From contig BQFW01000012.1 in assembly GCA_020891255.1 (NCBI GenBank), forward strand, positions 496,001 through 560,000: a stretch of DNA of 64,000 nucleotides, read 5' to 3'. Position 1 is the first letter of the stretch; each line of letters opens with the position of its first letter. This document shows positions 1-12,700 of the stretch, one piece after another. A program made the position numbers and the translations under genes. This DNA is from Entomortierella parvispora E1425 (lineage: Eukaryota; Fungi; Mortierellomycota). The notes beneath the pieces are model-generated. The model did not search any database. It had not been told where the DNA came from and worked only from the letters and a program-made list of their open reading frames with translations.

Positions 1-691
1 ACAGAGGGGCCCGTCGTATCTTCAGAAGAAAGAAGGGGTGGGCCCAGGCTCATATGTGCGTCGTGCGAATAGGCGCCAGTCCCTGATCGATCAACAAGAG
101 CAGCCAGCGTAGTCTATGTCTGCCTATTGCTGAGACCACTCTGAGGACTGGATTTAAGGCATGTTGAGGTATTGCCGTAGGCTAACAATGCATCTAAAAG
201 ACAGGCTCTCAACATATTTCAATGGCTCACAAACGCGCACTAAGGAGTGCCCAACGACGCGAAGGAGCATGTGCGAAAGGATTTTCCACCTGTCTAAAAA
301 TGTCTAAAAAAAGAGTTGCGAAGGATCTGCCAAATTCCTCACCTCAGCCCTTTTCGCTCCTTTACTGTCGCGTTTTTTATACACCCTGCCCATAATTCAT
401 CCCTCTTGTTCTTGCTCTGCCCCCTGCCTTGAAAGACCTTTGCGATTCCCGGCGTCTTCTTCGTTTTCCCTCCACAGCAAAGAGTTATTTTTATTATTTC
501 ACTGCCTCGCACTCTTTCGCAAGAGAATCGCAACTGAAGATCAGGCTTCCGCCGGGCTTGGAGAGTTTTGTGGACTTTTGGGAACTCTGCGAGTTGCCCC
601 GCCACTCTGTTTACCCTTGGGCGTTAGAATCTAATCGGAGGATAAGCCCAACGTGAGCTTTCAGCTTGACTGCTTGAACTCCTCCTTGCAG

Positions 692-698
692 TATAAAA
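692..698 (+). promoter_or_regulatory. Putative TATA box (TATAAAA) of the ferritin-like gene
   Basis: GTATAAAAG lies ~135 nt upstream of the ATG at 832 and is followed by a pyrimidine-rich leader. Confidence 0.5.
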
Positions 699-831
699 GG
701 GCCTCCTGTTTTTCCTAATTGCCTCATTCTTTCTTCTTTTCGTATTCCACCCCGCCGAACAAAAAGACCATACATTCCACAACCAACTACCCTTTCATCA
801 CTTCGCCCACCTTTCTGGTACACTTGACACC

Positions 832-1689
832 ATGCGTTTCTCCATCCTTGCCATTGCCTCTGCCATTGCTGTCTTTGCTGTTTCAGCCAGCCCAGTCAGC
901 ATCTCCAAGCGCAGCGCGTCCACCGATATCCTCAACTTTGCCCTGACTTTGGAGCATCTCGAGTCCACCTTCTACAAGGAGGGACTTGCAAAGTTCTCTC
1001 AGAAGGACTTTGAGAAAGCTGGTTATCATGGCAAGGTCCGCGAGTACTTTGAACATATTGGAGAGCACGAAAACACTCACGTCGATCTTCTGACCTCCAT
1101 CATCAAGTCGCTCCATGAAACCCCCGTCCCTGTGTGCAAGTACAACTTTCCATTGACAGACGTGGACGCATTCATTGCCATCTCTCGCGCTCTCGAAAAC
1201 ACGGGTGTCTCGGCCTACTTGGGTGCTTCCTCGAGTCTTGCAGGTGGATTGTTGACGACCGCGGGTACCATCACCACAGTGGAGGCTCGTCAGTCTTCTT
1301 ACTTGAATACCTTGGTGGGAGGTGAGGGCACGCCTTACAATTTCGACACTCCCTTGACTGCCCAAGAGGTTTTCACAATGGCCTCTGGCTTCATTGTTTC
1401 CTGCCCCTACAACGTCGGTGTCAAGCCATACACTCAACTTACGGCGTCAGTTAACAAAAACTCGAGCAAGGTTGCCACCTCATTCAAGGGCAAGGGTGCC
1501 AAAAACGAGTGGTGCCAGTTCTTGTTTTCTAACCAGGTGGTGGTGTCCCCCCGCTCAAAGTGCACCGTTCCCAAGGAGGTCAATGGGTACTTTTATGTCG
1601 TGATCACCGACACAAAGACCCCCCTCACCGCCAAGGATGGTGCTCATATCGTCGCAGGCCCCGCTCTCCTGTTCGAGGGCGACCATTAA
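832..1689 (+). CDS. Secreted ferritin-like domain protein (Rds1/Ferritin_2-type), 285 aa, intronless
   Basis: Signal peptide MRFSILAIASAIAVFAVSA. Ferritin-like helices LNFALTLEHLESTFY, EHENTHV, LENTGVSAYLG and TVEARQ. Single open frame. Confidence 0.85.
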   Translation: MRFSILAIASAIAVFAVSASPVSISKRSASTDILNFALTLEHLESTFYKEGLAKFSQKDFEKAGYHGKVREYFEHIGEHENTHVDLLTSIIKSLHETPVPVCKYNFPLTDVDAFIAISRALENTGVSAYLGASSSLAGGLLTTAGTITTVEARQSSYLNTLVGGEGTPYNFDTPLTAQEVFTMASGFIVSCPYNVGVKPYTQLTASVNKNSSKVATSFKGKGAKNEWCQFLFSNQVVVSPRSKCTVPKEVNGYFYVVITDTKTPLTAKDGAHIVAGPALLFEGDH

Positions 1690-2387
1690 TGACCCTTCAC
1701 TCCCAACACTCCCTAATGCTCTACAATAAATATTACTTGACGAACACAAAAATAAATGCAAAACTTGAGAACCACATTTTGGGGCGCTTGAAAACGTCGT
1801 AGATCCTCTCCCCCGTTTTAAAGAAGGAGAGAGCACGATTTAGCCGGGTAGAGCAGACGGTGGAGATGCCAGTGTATCAACGAGCTCTCAAGGAGTTGAG
1901 AATGCAGTACATGTAGAGAGAGGAGGGCATGGGGATACGGGGGCACATGGACTGCAACTGCCTTTTACGAAATAGGGTGTGAAGAGACGAGTCGAAACCC
2001 CTGGATCTCGTAACCCCTGGAACTCGGTCCAGGGCTGAGCACGCGTCAAGGTCGTGTGCCAACGCGCGCGCCTGCATGCATTCCTGGGTCAACAGCACAG
2101 GGCACGGGGAGGTAGCCACCCTGGCCACGAGCGAGGGTGTAGGTGCTAGCAGATCCCGTCCATAAAGGCCTTGGTGCCTGTATGTAGACAAGTGCTGCGC
2201 TGGGTTCACGCTTGGCATTGAGAGCACAGACAGGCAGACAGGCACAGGCCTCTCTTTCGTGCGGCGCTGCTCTCTTTTTTTTTTTTTTTCTTTTCTTTCC
2301 TTCTTTTTCTCTTCTTTCTCCATTCCTCGCCCATCCCCCAGAAATGCGCTGAAGGCATCTTTGTGATTACCGAGCACACCCTTTGCC

Positions 2388-5300
2388 ATGAACTCACCGC
2401 CTCCAATCACTTCACGCGCCAACCGACGGCGCGCCCACAGCCTCGACAATCCTACCCAACCCCTTCTTGGTTCTATTGGCCGCAGGCGAAGCGACCGCCG
2501 GGCGCAGGATGAGGTAGCAGAGCTGAACCACCGCAGACACAAAGTGTCGGTGAGGCAATGCTGGTCCATCTACCTCATCCTCGCCCTCCTCTATGGCGCT
2601 GTCCTCGCCATCGTGTACTATGGTCGTAGGGCGGATGGATTCGTGCCTGCCCTGCCAGACATGACCGTGGGCGAGACCCTTCCAGGTAATGACCTTGGCA
2701 TATGCATGGCGAGGGCCCGACCCATGTGCCCGGGCTTCGCTAGTGCCTTTTTATCTCCTCCTAGCCGTTGACGCTCATTCTCTAACTCCCTTTGCCTTGC
2801 CCAGATACGTTCAACCCTCACACGGCGTTTGCTCACCTGAAAGAGGTCACGAAGGCACCACATCCATTCAACTCGCGTGCAAACACGGACCTCGTAAAAA
2901 GATATATTCGGGACCAGTTCAGGGAGCTCCAGGCCGAGGCCCTTGCCTTGGGCCGACGCAATGTTCGCTATGACGACGGTCAGGATAACGCCACCTGGAC
3001 AAGTCTGAAAAAATCGCGCCAGCAGCAGGAGATGGAGAACAGTGGAGAGACTGAGGCGCCAGAAGGACAGGAGCTCTTGCAAGAGGAGCTCCAAGTCGTG
3101 CAGAGCGACAACATGGTGATGTGGGTTGGTGGCGTGCGAGAGTCTCGAGAAGGCGAGGACGAGGTCCCGGTCTTCATCGAGATTGGTGTTGATGAGGAGA
3201 ATCAATCGGCATTGCTGGTGTCAGCGCACTTTGGTAAGAAATCGGTTTGTGAATGGCATGTTCGCCGCCAATGCAACAACCCCGCGACTAAACCACCATT
3301 CGCTTTTTTTTTTTGTTTCTAGATTCTGTCAGCACCAGTTATGGCCAAACGGACGACGGCGGCGGCGTAGCTGTCTCCTTGGCCATGATTCGCCATTTTA
3401 TCCACCACCCAGTGCAGCACACCATCATCTTTTTGCTTAACAATGCTGAGGAGGACGGTCTGCTGGGCGCCTCCACCTTCATGGGGGCCCCTCCCAACAG
3501 CACAACAGAGACAGGCAGCGGACATCCCTGGAAGAAGCACATCAAAGCCTTTGTCAATCTTGGTACGCCCCAGTTGTCCTCATGCTTCAACTCGGCTGAC
3601 CATTATGTCGTCATTCAGCTAACCAGGGTACATATTGTTCCAATGATGTAGAGGGAGGAGGATCGGGAGGACCTTCTCTCCTCTTCCGCGCGTCCAACTA
3701 CGATATTGTGCGCCAGTACGCAGATCATGCCCCATTCCCCCACGCTTCAGTGTTTTCAAGCGATTTGTTTAGTCTAGGACTCTTGAACAGGTATAATGGG
3801 TTGAGTGCACTTCTGGAAGTCATTCACGTCAATTTCAAGCAATTCTGACATCCCGACTCTTTTATAGCGATACCGATTACAGCGTGTTCGTGCTTCACAA
3901 TCTCCCAGGACTGGACATTGCGTTTTACCGCAGGCGCTCGATGTATCATACTACGACCGACTTTTTGCCTATCGAGTCGCTCTATCACATGGGAGCCAAC
4001 ACCCAGGCCACCATTGCTGGTCTTTGCAACAGTCCTTACCTGGATAAACTTCACTCACAGGAGGAGCCACTTCAACAATCGGCGCCTCTCTCCCCACGGA
4101 CATGGTTCGCGGGCAAGAGTGTGTTTTACGACGTCATTGGAAAATTCATGTTGGCATCCGAGCTTTGGTCATTCCTCCTAATCAACGGTCTTGCTCTTGG
4201 CTTTGGACTTCCAGTTCTGGCATTGACCGCAGTGTACACAGGAAAAGCAATCAAGTCCAGAAGGACTCGTCAACAATCACAGGACTCACAGGCAGAGCAA
4301 CCAAACCAAACTCATTCATTGCGCACTGTTCTGGACTCGTCTTCGTTCTCAATCATGGGATATTCCGATGACGGTTACTCCTCCATTCAATCTCGACCCA
4401 GCAGCTCCAGTCGGCGCATTGCACGTGCGGCCTTGAGCAGTGATTATCTTCGCCCTCGAGGACCCGCCGTACTGCGCACCGTTGCTCTTTTGGCCATTTT
4501 GGTCGCGTTAGATGTTGGTGCGGTGTTTGGGGCTTCCAAGTGGCAGTTTCAGACAAACCCTTTTGTGCGCTATAACCACATCTGGGTTGTTTTACTCGGC
4601 CTGTTTTTACTGCTGTCGTTTGTCAACACGCTGGTGGTGTATGTGACCACAGCGCTCGAAACGCTCATTTTTGGCTCTGTGCCCGTTGCCCTTGGAGCGA
4701 CCCACTGGACTTTAGCTCTTGGCATCTGGTGGTGGTTGATTGTCCTCGTGGTAGGAACGGGCTTTGCAGCTTGGGCGGGCACCGGTGTTATCTATGGCAC
4801 CCCAGTCCTCGCTGTCTTTGCGGGAGCAGCAGCGCTTCTTCAGATTCTTTTGAACCTTTCCGACGTTGGAGCGACCAGTCGTCTGAAGAACCATATTGGA
4901 TGGATTTCAGTTTTGGCCGTCGGTCTTGTCGCCCCAGTCCTGGTTGTTTTGGACTTGCTTGTCATCGTGGCATACATGACTTGCCAAAGTTTTATTCCTG
5001 CAGACGGTGGCATCAGTAAGTTGTAGTCTTTATTGCCGGTGCATTTTTATCTTTTGATCCGCCTGCGAAACAAAGGATATGGCTGACTCGTTTTTATTAT
5101 TGGATTTTAGTGTACATCGTTTATGGTCTTCTATTGATTCCAATTGGGTTGGCGGCTGTTCCTACGATCTCCAGGGCCCGAAACTTCAAGGCATCTGTTG
5201 CTCTTCAACTGCTGTTTTTGCTCGCCGTGGCTTGGTACTTGTCTATGGCCCCATCTTTCTCAGCAGAGAACCCATCCAGTCTCTACTATAACCAGCTCTA

Positions 5301-6009
5301 CAACCAGACCACTGGCACATCCACCGTCCGCTTGGGCACCGACTCTGGGGAGGGCTACATCCTGAAGATGCTCGAGAATGTTCCCCAGAACATCACAGGA
5401 CCGCGCTCGGATTGCCAACCAGCCATGACGCCGAATGGATTTATGGAGCGGTGCGAGTTTTCCCCTGTCCGACAGATTTTCCAGGACGTGGACAGGGATT
5501 CACCCTTGCATGTCGAGTGGATCAGTCGACCTGAACCCACGGCTGAGCTAGGTTGGCGAGAGGGGCATTTGCAGATTTTGGCCCTGGAATCTCGGTTCTG
5601 CACGGTCCATGTTGCAGAGACGAGCAAAGGACGGGAAACGCAACTGTGGGTCGATGGTATGGCCCCTCCCAAGGCGGACGAAGAGCTTTTGAACCATCGC
5701 GCCAAGTATCTGGAGATGTCGCTTCATGAATGGAACCGGGCTTGGTCTGTCCATGTTCGAGTACGAGCTCCAGAGGACCGTGGTGGCGGCTTCAATGAGA
5801 ACAACAAGGGCAACGGCGACAAGAAGCCTCCCGCGCCAAAGACGATCCCTGTGCCTATCAAAGTGATTTGTGGCTATGAAGACTGGATTTCAGACCAGGG
5901 CTATGCTACGACCTTCAATAGCATTCGGACTCATATACCAGATTGGGCAAGGATGAAGGGCAACTCCATCCATGGTCTCTTCAGCATCGGCGTGGATTTG
6001 CAATTTTAG
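2388..6009 (+). CDS. M28-family membrane metallopeptidase (PFF1/ERMP1-like), ~1050 aa, 6 exons
   Basis: Exons 2388-2685, 2805-3233, 3323-3562, 3652-3790, 3868-5015, 5111-6009 (3153 nt, in frame, all GT-AG). Splicing restores the M28 motifs SAHFDS, DDGGGVA, NNAEEDGLLG, NLEGGG, SDTDYSVF and YHTTTD. One N-terminal TM and a multi-TM middle region. Confidence 0.9.
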
Positions 6010-6084
6010 AGACCACCCAAAAAAAAAGAACAAATTAAAAAAAAAAAAAGGAACATATTTCAAAGAGTATATATTCTTGCAAGT

Positions 6085-7691
6085 TCATGCAGGTGCGCCG
6101 CCCGCTAGCCTATTTTTGACGAATCGGATCCATTTGTCAAAGCCATTCATCCTAGTGGTATTGGAGAGCACATTCAACTCTGTCGCGTCCAGTCGGTTGT
6201 CCGTCGATGTCTTCATCGAGTTGACGCGATTGTTGAGGGACATGTTCAAATCGGCCAACTTGTGGTCGACCTTCACGTCCCGTTCAAGGAGCTCGAGCTC
6301 TAAAGCAGCCATCCTTTCACTGTGTCGATCAAGACGCTGCTGAAGCTGTTTGTTTTGAGAGTTCAAGAAATGGGTTTGAGAGAGTAGCTTTTGCTGCGTC
6401 GAGTACAGCTCGTCAATCATCTGGTTCGATTCCCGCAGAGCTGCCTGTACCTCCTGGAGGTGTCGTTGCGTGGATGTGTAATCGGCATCGTCGCGTTTTC
6501 TCTTTCCAGTAGTAACCGAGGGAGGGAGGCTCGGGTCGAATGCTGTGACTGATGGTTGGTCACAAGGGTCCAGAGAAGCATCTCCAGGCGCGGGCTGCCC
6601 TTGAGATGGTAGTTCGTTGTGTTTTTGAGACACGGTCGAATCAGAGGCGGGCGCATGAGGAGGAGGAGGAGGAGGAGGAGGAGGAGGAGGAGGAGGAGGA
6701 GGAGGTAAGGCGGAGGACCCTGCAGCAGTAGATTCGTGGTGCGATGTGGTGGACACTGCTGGTGGTGTGGATACAGGTTGCGGAGGCAACAATGTCGATA
6801 CTACAGGTGGTCCTGGGAGAGCCATGGAAGGTGTTGGTGCGGGTGGAGGGGAGGAGAGTTGCACGGGGTGGCTCTGAAAGCGCGCCACCTCCTCCCCTCC
6901 CCTGAGCTGCTGCCGCTGTCTGCCAGCTGGGGGTATACTCGATCGCCAATAATGGATGTTTCTGTTCATTTCCTGGATTCTCCTGTTTGCTTCCTCCGCC
7001 GACTCTTCTTGCACATACGCCTCCCATTTTTCTCTTTCCCTCTTGACTTCGTCGTGCAAGAGAAGGAGCTCCATAGCCAGAACCGAAAATTGAGTCGACT
7101 GAAAAGTCATGGAGGTCGCCTTCTCCAACAAGAAGAATAATTGTCTTCTCTGCTCGATAATATTCCGGTACATGTGAACCAAAGGGGTGACATGTATTCT
7201 TGTCAATTCGTCTGTGCGGCCAAGTTGAAAACACAGAGCCTTGGTTTCGCGGTCGTGAGTATCCACGGCGAAATGGCAAAGGTCTCTCCCAGAGCTGATG
7301 ATCCTCTGAAGCCAGTCGATGAAATAGAGGGTTGCCACAAAGAACTGTGCTCGGCCTTTCTCTTCTCTGATGTCGGGTATTCTGCTATCCATTTGCACCA
7401 TTCTGCTATCCATTTGCAGCATTGATAGTGCGTCTTCCTCTTTACCCTCACCATCTAATGAATTTATTTTGTGGGAATAAGCCATTGATTTGGCCATAAC
7501 GTGCAATTTTTCTTGCTCCATGCCGACGCCGTACCTAGATGAATCTCATGACGAACGCGGGTCCGTAACTCGGTTGCATTCAAAGGATCTTGAAAAAACG
7601 CGGCATATTGTTCTAACAGGGCTCGGGAAGGGTTATGCGGTTTTGTTTTTGTGGACGATTTGGCGTTGGCAACTCTTTTTTTGGGAGGCAT
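6085..7691 (-). CDS. Hypothetical protein, 508 aa, with central polyproline tract and C-terminal coiled coil
   Basis: Exon 1 7691-7535 (MPPKKR...IHL), GT-AG intron 7534-7455, exon 2 7454-6085 joins in frame (G|AT = Asp). No family recognised. Confidence 0.7.
6657..6705. repeat. (GAG)n/(CCT)n microsatellite encoding ~16 Pro on the minus strand
   Basis: Pure trinucleotide run visible in the sequence. Confidence 0.95.
7380..7421. repeat. 21-bp in-frame tandem duplication (MLQMDSR/MVQMDSR)
   Basis: ttctgctatccatttgcacca followed by ttctgctatccatttgcagca. Confidence 0.9.
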
Positions 7692-7838
7692 GGCAAAGGG
7701 TTGGATGAACGACATGTGGGAACCATGGTTTTTTTTCTCAGGCACGCATTCTGACAGCACGTGATGGATGACGAAATTGGTGGCAACTCTTTATTGGTGG
7801 CAAAGTCTTTCTCAGGGACGCGCTCTTTTTTTTTAAGG

Positions 7839-9459
7839 CTACCTGCGTTCTTTCTTTTGCAGATGATAGAGCTCCATCTTCAGCCGCACAAACATGTCCT
7901 GAAACTCGACACATCCTGGTCGACCGCCATACTGTTCCTTGACGATTCTCAGAACGTGGCTGTTACTCTCATTCACAAAAAGCGTTCTTGCGGTAGTGGT
8001 AGGCGACGATGATCCTTGTTGTTCTTCTCTCCCTTGCTGCTGCTGTTGCTGCTGCTGTTGAGGTTGAAAGAAAAAGAACGATAGGGGTGCCACAGGTCGG
8101 TTGACCAAAAACTCGACACAGTCCCTCGCAACCGATCCATGCGCGTACCCCCATCCAAAATAAACCTCCAGTACATTTTCCTCTGTCAACAGCTTCTTCA
8201 GAACCTGTCGATGCCAGTCCATCCAAGGGCGGGCACTCAGACTCTTTTCCAGTCCATACTCCTGGGCCAGTTCGAATGTCATCTTCCATTGATCAGCCTT
8301 GCCTGCTGTATTGCCACCCCCACCCCCTGCCTCCTTTCCGACATGGCGCTTTTGGTGCTGGGAACTGACAAGATGAAAGCCAGTATGAGGCAGCAAGCCC
8401 GAATACATGAATCCCAACATCCTCTCAAAGGCCTCGAATCGATCCACCGTCATCTCCATCTCAACTCTTTCCCCTCCATCCGCCTCTCGCATCCGCTGCT
8501 GCCACCGATCTCTCAAATGAGGATTGCCTTCTGCCCTGGCGGCAAACATCCTTTCCGAAAACACTGGGTAAATCGACAGGATCGCCTGGTGCGCCGGTAT
8601 GGACTCGACCACTTCTCCCGTGGCCGGGGACAGGAATTTGAACAAGACATCGGTGGACGGTAAATGACTCTTGAACCGGATCAACATCTCGACCAATGGA
8701 TCAATGGTCCTGTCCGCAGGGTCGCAATCCGACCGCTTGAGCGTATGGGTCCAATGCGCCCCATTCGGGGGTCCCAAGAGCTTGACCGGATGCGTGGACA
8801 GAATGAGCGAGAATGCAAAATGACTGTCTGCAAAGACGCTGTCGCGGTCCATATAGACTGTCAAGGGGGGAGAGGGATTCGAGCAGCAGGTATGAAGCAA
8901 ACGGGTTAGAAAACAATAAAACAAGAAAATGTAAAAAAAAGAGAGACAATTCGCTGATGAGATCAGTAGCTCGGTACTTTTTTTCTTTTCTTTCTTTCTC
9001 TGTTGTCAGGAGGAAAAAAAGACAAAACGACGAGGCTGTGCAGGGGTTGGAAGGGTACTCACATTCAATACCACGAGAAAATATTTCCTCTGATCGGATC
9101 CTCTTTACAAGAAGAACAGGCTTGTTGAGAGACGTGACTCTGTCTGACAAGTCGAGGCTCGTCCCCAGCACTTGGAGCGTGCAGCAGTCGCCAAGAGCAG
9201 ACATATTGGCCTCTGTGGCAGGGACGGGTATGATGGTTGCCCGCAGCGTATGTCTATCTTCGAGGATCGATAGCTGGCATCGCCAGTCGTGCGTACCGAG
9301 CTTGGCAACAGCAAGGTTGTCATCACTGATGAGCGCTGCAGGAGTGAACGCAGTGTTGGTGGCACTGTTGTCATCTAGTGGGGACACGGGGCTGGGAGCA
9401 GGAATAAGAAAGTGGAGGATGCGAAGATCAGCGGTCGGTTTCTTGGGGGCTGGCGGCAT
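7839..9459 (-). CDS. BTB/POZ domain protein, 471 aa, 2 exons
   Basis: Exon 1 9459-9063, intron 9062-8858 (GTGAGT...CAG), exon 2 8857-7839, in frame. BTB signature TDVLFKF...IPAHQAILS..PVF..MF and FEAFERMLGFMYSG. Confidence 0.8.
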
Positions 9460-9755
9460 GATGATGAGAGCAAGAGGCAAGCGAGATGCGAGGTGCAAGG
9501 TGGTTGAATAAAACGATGTAAGATGCTGTGGAGCGAGAAAGATGAAGTAAACCAAAAAGAAAAAGAGAGAGGAAGAAAGACTTCAGAGAGAGAGCGAGAC
9601 AGAAAGACAACAGACGCGAGAAAGAGCCTGATTGATCATGCATGGATTCACTTGGGTGTGTTTTGTCTTATGAGCTTTATCAGATCCTATTGTACATGTA
9701 CGGAGCAAAATAATATCATTTTGATCCACTCGAAACGGCGATGCAGCAAGCAGGT

Positions 9756-12700
9756 TTATGATGCTGAAGACCGGGGCGACGACTGCCCGCTGGCCAGCCA
9801 GCGCATCATCATGGCTCCAATGTAGGCAGTCCACTCATCCAGTCCCAAAGTAGGTGGCATATCGTTCCAGACAAGGTCATGTTCAGACTTTTCGCCCGTT
9901 CTTTGATTTTTGACGTTGCTATTGCTGCTGTTGTTTCCGTTGCCATTGCCACCAGCTGAGTCGCCATAAGATCCAACAGTGGTGGGGACGGAGGGCATAG
10001 CAAGAGCTTTGTTCTCAGCTAGAGGTTGACTGCCGCGAGGGTAGAGCAAGGGCGACACAGAATTGCCATTGGCACTACTGCCATTGTTCCATTCGGGGAA
10101 AGATATGCTGCTGGGAACCGAAAAGGGATCAAGCATGGTGCCTTGCCTGTTCAACGGAGCTCTGCTTGCCAATTGCTGCGGGTTGGATAAACTTGGGCTC
10201 AGTCCTCCAGAGCGACCATCGAATCCCAAAAGAGGCGACGATCCGCGAATAAGAGTCGTCATCGTGATGGGTGTCAAAAAGTCATTCTCGCTGATAATGG
10301 GTCCACTTGTTGCCATCGGAACGATCTTCTCCGTCGAACCAGCAGGACTATCGGATATACCCAACTGAGCTGTCGATAACACCACAGTTGGATCAGTATC
10401 CTGGGCTGTCTGACTGGTGCCGCTGCCGTCCGTCCGAACAGAATTGGGAGACTCCACAGAGGTGGTTGATGACATTGGAGACTGAACACCCAACCCTACA
10501 TTCCGTCGTCCGTTGGCAAGAAGCGCGAGAGGCGAGGTGATGGCTGATGATAATGCCGGCGATCCAAGTTCAGGCTCCTCTTTTGGAAGGAGCAATCCAT
10601 CCTGGGTGGTATCCATGCTCTGGTCCTCTTTCACCTTTACCTCCTTTGTCTCCTCCTCACGTCGGTCATCGAAACTATGGCTGCGGCGTGCATGCATGCG
10701 TTTATAGTCATCATCGCTCGCAAGCAAGGAGTGAATCGCCATGGCCTTGGATCGACATTGTTGTCGAAGCTTGTCATGGTCTTCCCGAGGAGCGACCAAT
10801 GCTACCTTGTACCGCGATGCCGACTCCAAGGCCCAAGATGGACCTACGGGTGAGGTCTGGAAGGTTTCCTCTTCCAGGTCCTTCAAGCTCACATGTTTCA
10901 AATCCAGCAAATCTTCCAAAATCTTTGCTCTTCTTGCTGCGCTGACCCATTGACTGGCCAAGAACTTGAGGGCGTCAATACATCGCTTCAAGTTTGTTTT
11001 GGCGGATGAAGTTTGGCTGGATTGAGGTTCAGGCTCAGAAAGAACCGGACTAGATGTTGCCGACTGCCCAGTGGGTCGGACACTGGGAATGTTCATAAAA
11101 TGAATCACACCCGCCGAAAAGACGGCATAGAGACAGCTGATAAACATTGACGTGAGCGCCTTGGAGTCCATGAGTATTTCCGTTATTTCCGTGATGGTCG
11201 CTGCCGCCTGCGTGCACACCGAAGCGGACGTCTGTGAATTCGAGAAGTTTGGCCGGTGGAGAAGAATGACCAAAGTGTTGTAACTCAAATGAAGGAAGAG
11301 ACCAAATTGAGGGGAGTCGGCAGTTGGGCTCTGCAGGTGAGCTGGCAACTTTTGACGCCAGTCTGACAGTGATCTATCCAATGTCGCAAATGCTGCGGGG
11401 CTGGTATCGACTTTGTACTCCCGATCTTGATCAGATCCAATACTTGGGCTTTGTTGAGGGTGAGCAGGTCCGCGACTGGCAGAGATGGCAGGCGGTGAAA
11501 ACTTTGCCTTGATAAATTCAAGAACGTTTCCTTGAATTTTTGAGAGTGTGATCATGTGCACAAAGTTGGAGATGATTCCAGAGCGGACAACTGGTGCACT
11601 CCCAGTGGGTACGTCCAGCTCTTCGTCTTCAAACTTGGGGTATCCGGTTTCGCAATCCTTTTGGGTGATGGCAAGAGGCCTATCAAAAACTTTCATATTA
11701 GTTTTATGTTGCTTGCAAAGGAGTAGACATGATGGCGTGGAGTGGTATACATGCTGTTTCCATTACCTGTTGAGACCTGCACATAGCAATCGCTCGATGA
11801 CATAGATGGACCACCACGTCCGCTTTTTCATCTCTGATTGCAGTCGATTCCTCGCCTGCTCCTGTCCCGAGATCTCCTTGTTCAATCCCAAATCCTGAGC
11901 CATGCGGATCGCAACACCAACGCACAGCCAAGCACGTTGACTCTCGCAAAATCCCATCTGCTGTATTGCAATCAGAAGCAGTGCTTGGACAGTAGCCAAT
12001 TGAGAGTTGTCATATTCTTCCTTGACAAAGTGTTTGGCTCTCTCATAAAAGATGGCACTTGGTGGCATATCCGCGCCAGGCTGGGGTGTCCGAAAGACAG
12101 GGTTGTCACTGAATCGAGATGAAAGACCAAGGACCGCAAAGATCAGATGATATGGTGGGGATTCGTTCCTGTGTATTTGATCCGAAAGCGTTTTGAAATG
12201 AAGCATTGGCAGAACTGGATGAACTGAGCGGAAGTGAACCTTCAGAAGGTGATCCATCACATCCATCGAAGGCATAATAAGGGATTCCTCCTTATTTTTG
12301 GGGTCATTCATCGGCATGTATCCAGTTAATGGATTTGACAACTGGTGCGCTGCAAGGGATGGTCGATGTGTGACAATCCGATGGCTCTCCATAAGTGGAA
12401 AACCTTTGGCGCTTGGATAGTCGTACGGTCGATTGCTTTCACCGCTAATCGACCGATGGTGGTCTCGCTCGAGCCTATACTGATCGCGATCGTAGGGATG
12501 CTGCTCTCCTGGTGGTCCGCGCCCATTGTTGTTTCCAGCGCTCTGGTTATAGTTTCCATGTCCATACCCCTTGTTGTTGTGATGCTGCTGTTGATGAGGA
12601 CTATTGTACGCACTTCCAGTGCCATTCGAAGATTGCATCAATGGAGGTGGCAATTGAGAAGTAGCCTGAGGCGGTAGCTGATGTTGCTGCTGTGGCGTAT

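Noticed and set aside
883-1437. Long antisense ORFs, here and at 28212-28955, 28871-29410, 33871-34395 and 40601-41128
   Set aside because: They are shadows of real genes on the opposite strand, with no recognisable motifs.
1877-2569. 230-aa minus-strand ORF
   Set aside because: It runs through the M28 promoter and a poly-T tract (KKKKKK) and overlaps exon 1 antisense; the composition is not gene-like.
6423-6433. tRNA T-loop-like GGTTCGATTCC (also GGTTCGAATC at 13439-13448)
   Set aside because: There is no T-stem, acceptor stem or D-arm pairing; the motifs lie within a CDS and an intron.
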